The translations under genes were made by a program, and so were the position numbers. The notes under the pieces are model-generated. The model saw only the letters and a list, made by a program, of their open reading frames with translations. It ran no database searches and had not been told where the DNA came from. Below are positions 46,518-52,891 of a stretch of DNA of 64,000 nucleotides, piece after piece (positions within the stretch are counted from its first letter, which is position 1; every line of letters begins with the position of its first letter). The stretch is from a virus (taxonomy: Duplodnaviria > Heunggongvirae > Uroviricota > Caudoviricetes): positions 13,214-77,213 of IMG/VR virus record IMGVR_UViG_3300048998_000119. One strand, written 5' to 3'.

Positions 46518-46728
46518 GACGATACACTCCCACCCAAGCCACCACTGCGTAATACAGTAGTGTAGACCAAGCGATGAGCACCGCGCCGTTCCAGAGAAGT
46601 AATCCGAAGACTATCCCCAACAACGTGGTGCAAACTTCCGAAATTGCAACTGTCCCCGCCGCCATAATGATTGCGCCGAAGAGCAACCCGGCGAACGACA
46701 GTACAGTCAATAGAATTGCGATGAACAT
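46510..46728 (-). CDS. small polytopic membrane protein (~73 aa, trimmed)
   Basis: MFIAILLTVLSFAGLLFGAIIMAAG... Confidence 0.35.
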   Translation of the reverse strand: MFIAILLTVLSFAGLLFGAIIMAAGTVAISEVCTTLLGIVFGLLLWNGAVLIAWSTLLYYAVVAWVGVYRLA

Positions 46729-46729
46729 T

Positions 46730-46999
46730 TTATTTACTCTTTTCCGCAAGGAGTCTGTCCGTGTAGCCGTGGTTGTAGGCGTGACAGATGCTGATGACGA
46801 CGAAGGCGAGCTCACGGTCTGGGACTTGGTGAGACACAAAGTAGGCAAGTGTGTACTTGCTTTGGTAGTCCCGTGTGTACGGGATGCATACCTTCTCCAC
46901 CGCTTGTTGTTCGAGTTCCAGGGTGCGGACTTCGACGTGACCATTGGATTCTTTCGGCAGGAGGATTGAAGATGCGGCGAACAGCAGAATACCGATCAT
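46730..46999 (-). CDS. small secreted protein (89 aa)
   Basis: N-terminal signal-like MIGILLFAASSILL. Confidence 0.35.
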   Translation of the reverse strand: MIGILLFAASSILLPKESNGHVEVRTLELEQQAVEKVCIPYTRDYQSKYTLAYFVSHQVPDRELAFVVISICHAYNHGYTDRLLAEKSK

Positions 47000-47168
47000 T
47001 CGGTGTCTTCCTTTATGCAGTGAGAAATCATCATGTTCTCGTTTCGAGCGTGGAGCTCGATGAACGAACGGCGGGCGACTTCACAGATCTTGCGACTCGA
47101 GAAGTCTTGGATCTGCTGGCTGCAGACGTTGGGTTGCATGCAGATCATGACGAGAAATCCAAACATGG

Positions 47169-47552
47169 CTAATCCTTTTTAAAATGTTTCTGAATACGGT
47201 CGCAGAGTTCAAGTGTCATTCTGTCGTCCTGAGTCGTCACAATCTCGGGTCGACTTTTCTTCAGCTGACGGCTGAGCCATTTATCTTCGGCGATTGATGT
47301 CTCTAATGTTCGATACTGATCAAGATAAACTGAACTCACTTTGCTGTCGCGAGTCAGTTGTATTCTGACGCCGGAGTCATGCAAGAGCCACGAATCTGTT
47401 CGTTGCCAGCCGGGACTGAAAAGAAGCTTGCCGATAAGTTCAACACTCTGACGACGGCGCTGTAAGTAGCCCCCATTTATCAAGAAAGGAGAGCCAAAAC
47501 AGATGGTGAGGCCGGTGGCTACTACCACCAGGAAGAATATAAAGTCAAACAT
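47169..47552 (-). CDS. membrane protein (127 aa)
   Basis: N-terminal TM helix. Confidence 0.4.
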   Translation of the reverse strand: MFDFIFFLVVVATGLTICFGSPFLINGGYLQRRRQSVELIGKLLFSPGWQRTDSWLLHDSGVRIQLTRDSKVSSVYLDQYRTLETSIAEDKWLSRQLKKSRPEIVTTQDDRMTLELCDRIQKHFKKD

Positions 47553-47937
47553 CGGTCATCTTACTCCGCAAGAGTTTTGCGGCGTCGCCCGCCTTGTCGG
47601 GACGCACAATCAAGTGCTTGACGCGACGATATAGCCACTTCTTGTCGCCTTTGGTTAGCTCGATTGCGTAGCCGGGTATATCTACGCCTCTGATCTTTTC
47701 GTAGTCGTAGTCGAGAGCAATCTCGACACCGGTTGCGGTATGCTTCAAGTAGCGGCCTTCCATAAACCAACCATTTATAGCCGCAATCTCACCGATAACC
47801 GCTAACGCGGGATCCTTGCGTTCACCGTAGGAAGCGAAGGGTCGCACGCCGTCGACCATCCACGACAGCAAGACGACCATGAGCACCGCTCCACCGATAC
47901 CGAGTGCGGAAGCGAGAAGAAATTGAATTACAATCAT
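47545..47937 (-). CDS. membrane protein (130 aa)
   Basis: N-terminal TM helix. Confidence 0.4.
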   Translation of the reverse strand: MIVIQFLLASALGIGGAVLMVVLLSWMVDGVRPFASYGERKDPALAVIGEIAAINGWFMEGRYLKHTATGVEIALDYDYEKIRGVDIPGYAIELTKGDKKWLYRRVKHLIVRPDKAGDAAKLLRSKMTDV

Positions 47938-48164
47938 TACAGTACCTCACAAGTTTCGTTGAAGAGCGCTTCGGCGAGATCCAGCTTAGTGCCATGCTTG
48001 ATGAGGTGATCCTCCAGTATAAGCTTTATGTCCAGAATCTGTCGGATGTCTCGGTTTGCTCTGAAAGTGACTTTCTCTCGGTTGAGCCAAACGAAGAAGA
48101 CCAGCGGATGATCGGTGGTGTGAATGCCCGCGAACAACCACTCTTGAATGATACGTTCCGTCAT
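47937..48164 (-). CDS. hypothetical protein (75 aa)
   Basis: ORF track. Confidence 0.35.
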   Translation of the reverse strand: MTERIIQEWLFAGIHTTDHPLVFFVWLNREKVTFRANRDIRQILDIKLILEDHLIKHGTKLDLAEALFNETCEVL

Positions 48165-48742
48165 ATGTTCAACTCCTTGAGCTGCAGGAGACGCTTTACG
48201 ATTTGATCTTCCGTGAAACGATCGTACAGACCGTCCAGAGAAGGAGTCTCACGTCCGTCGCCCGGTTGAAAGGCGCGGGTGCTCGCCCAGGTCGGCAGCT
48301 TGTCGGCGAATTGCGTCAACAGAAGAACGGTGTCCGTGTCGACGACGATGCTGTGGATCTCCGAGGCGTGCTGATGGTACGACTCACCTTCCTTGTGCAG
48401 CATGCTGGACTCGATCGACAGCAGTGTTTCGCGCTTCCAGACGAAACCGGAGCCGCCGTTGAGCGGTGTCTCGTAGTCGAATTCTTGGAAACGCGTGTGG
48501 CGAGGATCACCCCAGCCACTTTTGTATTTGTTGTTGCGAACTTCTCCGGCCAATACCGTGGTGGAAAAATCATAACGATGATCGTGCGGCACGACGATTT
48601 CGGCGTCGGTCTTCAAGTTGTCGAAGAAGTAAGCTTTGATCGTCAGCGTATCCGAACGATGCAGACAGATGTAGTCGAGTCCTTTCGAGTGGAAGTTGCG
48701 GAAGCTGTTGGCGGCGATGGTTTCGACGTCGTCGTATCTCAT
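48161..48742 (-). CDS. putative cupin-fold / 2OG-Fe(II)-oxygenase-like protein
   Basis: VPHDHRYDF (HxD) and HQHASEIHSIV. Confidence 0.35.
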   Translation of the reverse strand: MRYDDVETIAANSFRNFHSKGLDYICLHRSDTLTIKAYFFDNLKTDAEIVVPHDHRYDFSTTVLAGEVRNNKYKSGWGDPRHTRFQEFDYETPLNGGSGFVWKRETLLSIESSMLHKEGESYHQHASEIHSIVVDTDTVLLLTQFADKLPTWASTRAFQPGDGRETPSLDGLYDRFTEDQIVKRLLQLKELNI

Positions 48743-49227
48743 TTGGCGTATCCTTTATAGTGATTGAGAAAGTTTCCGTGAAAACAATTTTCGCTGAACC
48801 CTGACGGAACGCCGTGGTCGAGAAAAAAGTAAATACGTTCGGCCGCACCCTTGGCGGTGTTGTCGAAATGGGACCACATACCGCCGAACATCCACGCGAA
48901 CTCAGATGAAATCGCATCGCTGCCTTCGGAAAAGACTGGACAGAAGTTACGTTCGCAGTAAGCACTCCAGTCTATAGTGCTGCCGGGAAAATCACTGTCG
49001 ACCGCCAGAAAACCAGCGCTGGGACCGTGACCAACTGCGCAGGCGACGGCACCACAGTTGTGCACACCACCGTTCTCGCGAGCGTATTTATTTCTGATCT
49101 CAAACTCTCGTCCCCAGAGACCATCCTCGACCACGCTGAAGTAAGAACTCATATTGAAGCTGTCGTAGTTCTCGGGAAGCTCAAAGAGATAGTCGGCGAG
49201 CGTCTTGAGGTTGCCGCGATTAACCAT
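48739..49227 (-). CDS. tandem paralog 1 of unrecognised family (CGAVACAVGHGPSAGF motif)
   Basis: start trimmed to MVNRGNLKTLADYL; shares three blocks with paralogs 2 and 3. Confidence 0.6.
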   Translation of the reverse strand: MVNRGNLKTLADYLFELPENYDSFNMSSYFSVVEDGLWGREFEIRNKYARENGGVHNCGAVACAVGHGPSAGFLAVDSDFPGSTIDWSAYCERNFCPVFSEGSDAISSEFAWMFGGMWSHFDNTAKGAAERIYFFLDHGVPSGFSENCFHGNFLNHYKGYAK

Positions 49228-49675
49228 TGTAGATCTCCACGAATGCACGATAGGAATAACCCTTGAAGACTTCCGGCACACCGTGCTCGAGATAGTAGTT
49301 GATGCGCTTGGCGGCACCATGAGGTGTGTTGTCGCAGAAAGACCAGAATGAACTGAACATCCACTCGAACTCGCGCGTGTTGTTGCCATCTTCGTCGCGC
49401 ACATCGCAGAAGAGACGATGAGTGTACACATCCCAGTGGACTTCCACGTCGTTGAGTTCATGTTCCTGAAACAAAAAACCCGCCGAAGGACCATGACCCA
49501 CAGCACAGGCCGCAGTTCCACAACGCGAGACTCCACCGTTGTTCAGTGCGTAGTCTCGTTCGTCGGCGGGAGTGTGGGCGTAGAAGAAACCCGCCATGTC
49601 GAATTCGGCGTAGTCTTCCGGCAGCGTGAGCAGGTAGTCGGCGAGCTTCTTGAGGTTGTCGCGGCGGTTCATGCG
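49220..49675 (-). CDS. tandem paralog 2 of unrecognised family
   Basis: start trimmed to MNRRDNLKKLADYL; CGTAACAVGHGPSAGF; HGAAKRINYYLEHGVP. Confidence 0.6.
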   Translation of the reverse strand, partial: RMNRRDNLKKLADYLLTLPEDYAEFDMAGFFYAHTPADERDYALNNGGVSRCGTAACAVGHGPSAGFLFQEHELNDVEVHWDVYTHRLFCDVRDEDGNNTREFEWMFSSFWSFCDNTPHGAAKRINYYLEHGVPEVFKGYSYRAFVEIYNG

Positions 49676-50151
49676 ATGTACTCCTGATAGATGGGGACAT
49701 AATAACGAAAGCTTTTGCAAACGTCGAAACTCTCCGGCACGCCATTTCTCAGATAGTAGTAGATGCGTGCGGCGGCTCCGTGAGGTGTGTTGTCGTAAGG
49801 CGCCCACCTACCGCCAAACATCCAGCTGAAAGCATTGGCAGCTTCTGGGCTGAAGCGACGACCGACGATGAAGTTGGCGTAGGTATATTCCGGCCACATC
49901 ACTCCACCGCCTTCTGAAATGAACTCTTCGGTAAAGAGAATACCGGCGGTAGGTCCGTGACCAACCGCGCAAGCCACGGCTCCGCACGCGCCCACACCGC
50001 CGTTGTGTAGAGCATACTCACGTTCCACTGAGGTGTGAACACCCTCCATGAAAGATATCATGTTGAAATGTTCGTAGTCCAGCGGAAGCGCCGACAGATA
50101 ATCGGCGAGCTTCTTGAGATTTTCACGCTTGTCCATCTTGGAGCCTTTCAT
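49669..50151 (-). CDS. tandem paralog 3 of unrecognised family
   Basis: MDKRENLKKLADYL; CGAVACAVGHGPTAGI; HGAAARIYYYLRNGVP. Confidence 0.6.
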   Translation of the reverse strand: MKGSKMDKRENLKKLADYLSALPLDYEHFNMISFMEGVHTSVEREYALHNGGVGACGAVACAVGHGPTAGILFTEEFISEGGGVMWPEYTYANFIVGRRFSPEAANAFSWMFGGRWAPYDNTPHGAAARIYYYLRNGVPESFDVCKSFRYYVPIYQEYIA

Positions 50152-50395
50152 AGTTGTCGTAGATGTACTCAGCCATTTGCATGAGATTCAGCGCGGACTG
50201 CTTGGTGAGGAAGCGAATGAAACAAAACGGTTCGGCGTTAATCTCGATTGTGTCGGCGTTCTCTTCCGTGATCGGTTCGTCGCCTTTGACGGCGTGGAAT
50301 GTGATGCAGGGAAACTTATCTTCATCCCAGTTGGGCACCATAGCGAAACGACCGGTGCCGATTTCTATTCCAGGAATAACCATCTGAATTTCCAA
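50123..50395 (-). CDS. hypothetical protein (90 aa)
   Basis: ORF track; preceded by stem-loop element. Confidence 0.4.
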   Translation of the reverse strand: MEIQMVIPGIEIGTGRFAMVPNWDEDKFPCITFHAVKGDEPITEENADTIEINAEPFCFIRFLTKQSALNLMQMAEYIYDNYERLQDGQA

Positions 50396-50428
50396 TTTTT
50401 AGGAGGAAGCTTTTTACGGCTTCCTCCA
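50388..50428 (-). promoter_or_regulatory. stem-loop + A-run + RBS module, copy B
   Basis: minus: GGAGGAAGC-cgtaaaaa-GCTTCCTCC TAAAAATTGGAAATTCAG ATG. Confidence 0.4.
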
Positions 50429-50587
50429 GGATTAATTAGGCGTACGCGAGGACAAGCAACCGAAGCTGATGTTCGGTGTAGTCCAGGATGCGACGATGAA
50501 AGTTTTCGGCGGCGGCGCGATAACCACGACGCTGCATTCCATCGACGATCTGCTGATAAGCTTGTTCGAGTTCCATACCAAATCCTT

Positions 50588-50695
50588 TTATCCAGAGCAT
50601 CGGCGATTGGCCTTTTCGCAGGCGTGGAAAAACAGAATGACCACCGGAGTGGCCACAGCAGAAAGCATACCGTAGTAGCCGATCACGGTGAACAT
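50588..50695 (-). CDS. small hydrophobic peptide (35-45 aa)
   Basis: own translation MFTVIGYYGMLSAVATPVVILFFHACEKANRRCSG; in frame with the ATG of conserved element 3. Confidence 0.3.
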   Translation of the reverse strand: MFTVIGYYGMLSAVATPVVILFFHACEKANRRCSG

Positions 50696-50720
50696 TATAT
50701 TTCTCCTGAGAGATGATCCT

Positions 50721-50752
50721 CTCATATAAGATACCTTATTTTCCGCGTTTTC
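50721..50752 (-). promoter_or_regulatory. conserved 32-nt element copy 3
   Basis: GAAAACGCGGAAAATAAGGTATCTTATATGAGAG; first intergenic region after the lysis cassette. Confidence 0.6.
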
Positions 50753-50863
50753 TTTTGACGAAAATTTGCAACTTAGGGTTGACGATCAGACGACGTGTGG
50801 CGCGTCTCAGCAAGTGAGAAGACAGTTCATCCGCTTCCAGATGGAGTGCGTCCTCAAGCCGGG

Positions 50864-51172
50864 TCACTTCATCGCGTCCGCGTCTCGTTGCTCACAGCGA
50901 GTTATGATGTCTATGACGTCCGTGGTTCGACCGTTTGACTGGTCAACCTTGTTCGCCTCCGACACACCAAAGTTCACCCAGTTCTTGAGTGAGTCCAGCG
51001 GGTCGGTGACGTCGACGGGAGGCGGTGTGTGGGCCACACCTTTGTGCCAACTGTCAGGGATTAGTTTTGAGCACGCACTCGGGTGACCCACTATAACCGG
51101 CGAGTGCGCACAGCCCGCTGCGGCCAGCAGTGTTGACGCCGTGAGCGTCCTTAGCAGATTGAACTTGAACAC
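50864..51172 (-). CDS. o-spanin (Rz1-like outer-membrane lipoprotein)
   Basis: lipobox LLAAAGC, Pro-rich TPPPVDV, starts inside the Rz gene in another frame. Confidence 0.5.
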   Translation of the reverse strand: MFKFNLLRTLTASTLLAAAGCAHSPVIVGHPSACSKLIPDSWHKGVAHTPPPVDVTDPLDSLKNWVNFGVSEANKVDQSNGRTTDVIDIITRCEQRDADAMK

Positions 51173-51380
51173 GGGTGGTCTCCACTACTCGATCGCCTTC
51201 AGCGTCGGTTGAAATTCTATTCTGAGTCGTCTCGACGGCGTCTTCGCCGGACAGTATAGCGCCCGTGGCGATGTTGCCGTCCAGATGAGCTTGATCGCTC
51301 TTTGAGCCGCCGCATGTCGCCATCAGAAATATAGCGATGACGGCTATGACCACCATGGCGATTGTGATGTATTTACTCAA
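51054..51380 (-). CDS. i-spanin (Rz-like)
   Basis: N-terminal TM IAMVVIAVIAIFLMA, periplasmic remainder; directly downstream of endolysin. Confidence 0.5.
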   Translation of the reverse strand: MSKYITIAMVVIAVIAIFLMATCGGSKSDQAHLDGNIATGAILSGEDAVETTQNRISTDAEGDRVVETTRVQVQSAKDAHGVNTAGRSGLCALAGYSGSPECVLKTNP

Positions 51381-52069
51381 CGAATTACCTCCAAAGCTTT
51401 CTTGCGCTTGGCTTCTACTTCGGCCAGACCGATGAGGCCACCGTTGATCGAGCGTCGAGCGCCCTTGAGATCAGCCATATCCACATAGTCGAACGTGTGC
51501 TTGCGCAACATGAAGTCACAGGCGGCAACCAGCGACTTGGCCGGATCCGCGACATCGTCTGGATCGAAACCCAGATTCAGTTTGAGAACGAGATACTCAG
51601 CTGCTCCGGTGTGTTGGAGCATTCCTCGACCACGGTTTTCCCAGCCGTGGCCCTGATTTCCCATGCGATTTCCGTATACAAGATTTGCGAGGGCAACATC
51701 CTCCCTATCTGGATCAGTCGGATCCCAAGAATAGGGTGCCGCAGAAGCCAGAGTAGGGAATCTAGTTGGCCAAATTTGTGTGAGACGTTTTGCACTGTAG
51801 TGGAGGTTCTCTTCAAAGCGAGTCCAACCGCCGGACTCATTACTCGTTTCACCGAGGAATTCCGCCAACCGCATAGGGGTGTCGACCTTATACTTGGGGA
51901 ACGAGATTACAGCCTGCGCGCCGATTGCTCGGAGTATCGCGTCGGGTTGACGTCCGGCGACGTAACCGAACAGCATGGCGTAAGTTATCTTACCGGCCAC
52001 ACCGTCGATTGCACCGCAGGGGAATTTTGCGTCAGTCAGATTTTGTTGGGTTTTCGTCCAATTTATCAT
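51377..52069 (-). CDS. endolysin, glycoside hydrolase family 19-like
   Basis: LAEFLGETSNESGG (GH19 catalytic Glu region) and NLVYGNRMGNQGHGWENRGRGMLQHTG. Confidence 0.7.
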   Translation of the reverse strand: MINWTKTQQNLTDAKFPCGAIDGVAGKITYAMLFGYVAGRQPDAILRAIGAQAVISFPKYKVDTPMRLAEFLGETSNESGGWTRFEENLHYSAKRLTQIWPTRFPTLASAAPYSWDPTDPDREDVALANLVYGNRMGNQGHGWENRGRGMLQHTGAAEYLVLKLNLGFDPDDVADPAKSLVAACDFMLRKHTFDYVDMADLKGARRSINGGLIGLAEVEAKRKKALEVIR

Positions 52070-52370
52070 TTTCGGCCTTTGCTTCTCCGGTGACCGGTGG
52101 AACCTTTTCGGCGGTGGCTTTAGCTGCAGCCGCGAGGTCTCGATCAGCCTGATTGGTCTTAAACAATGCCTGAGCCGCCATACCCATAATAGTCATGAGA
52201 CCAGTGACCGTAGAATCAACAATTCTGATCTTTGATTGAGTGACCAGATCATTGAGATTACCGTCGGGGAAGTAACGAACGAGAAGCATGAGTAGGAGGA
52301 TGGAAAGGAGGAGGGTCATAAACGCTATGAACCCTTCATGCTCTTTCCAGGAACTAGAGGGTATTTTCAT
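52032..52370 (-). CDS. putative holin (112 aa)
   Basis: two hydrophobic helices, charged C-terminus, overlaps endolysin start. Confidence 0.45.
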   Translation of the reverse strand: MKIPSSSWKEHEGFIAFMTLLLSILLLMLLVRYFPDGNLNDLVTQSKIRIVDSTVTGLMTIMGMAAQALFKTNQADRDLAAAAKATAEKVPPVTGEAKAENDKLDENPTKSD

Positions 52371-52432
52371 AAGGATAACTCACTATGATGATTACTCCAA
52401 GGAAGGAATCTAAGGGAGCGCCCATCGTTAAT

Positions 52433-52891
52433 TCAACGGGATGGATGATGCCGAGTCGGCCAAACCAAACGACCCGAAGCGACAGGCGTCCAGCCATCTT
52501 TTTCAAGCACTCGCTGGAACACACTCTGGTTATGAAGCGTACTGCTCGTCACCGCGATGTGGAAACCCTTCTTCTCAACCCACTCTCTGAAGTCTCTGTG
52601 GAAGTCACGTAACTCGTGAACAGCCTTGACGCCAGTAATGTTTGAGTGATAATAGATTTGACTGACCGCTCGAATCGGTGAGTGATGATTGCCGTGGCCT
52701 TCTATAGCCATCATCCAACCATGCTCACCGATCTTGAAGTACCGTCTATCCGCGATTGCTTGATTCAGGAAAGCTCTAAAATGAACTCGATCGTGTGGAA
52801 AGAATTCATCGTTGTAGCGTGCGTAGAGATCTTCGGACAGATCACAAATCCATCCGAAGTCTGATCTCTTAGCTTGTCTGTAAGTACCCAT
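52433..52891 (-). CDS. hypothetical protein (152 aa)
   Basis: ORF track. Confidence 0.4.
   Translation of the reverse strand: MGTYRQAKRSDFGWICDLSEDLYARYNDEFFPHDRVHFRAFLNQAIADRRYFKIGEHGWMMAIEGHGNHHSPIRAVSQIYYHSNITGVKAVHELRDFHRDFREWVEKKGFHIAVTSSTLHNQSVFQRVLEKDGWTPVASGRLVWPTRHHPSR

Noticed and set aside
52433-52891. GNAT acetyltransferase call for the 152-aa protein
   Set aside because: Only vague resemblance; no Q/RxxGxG/A CoA-binding motif seen.
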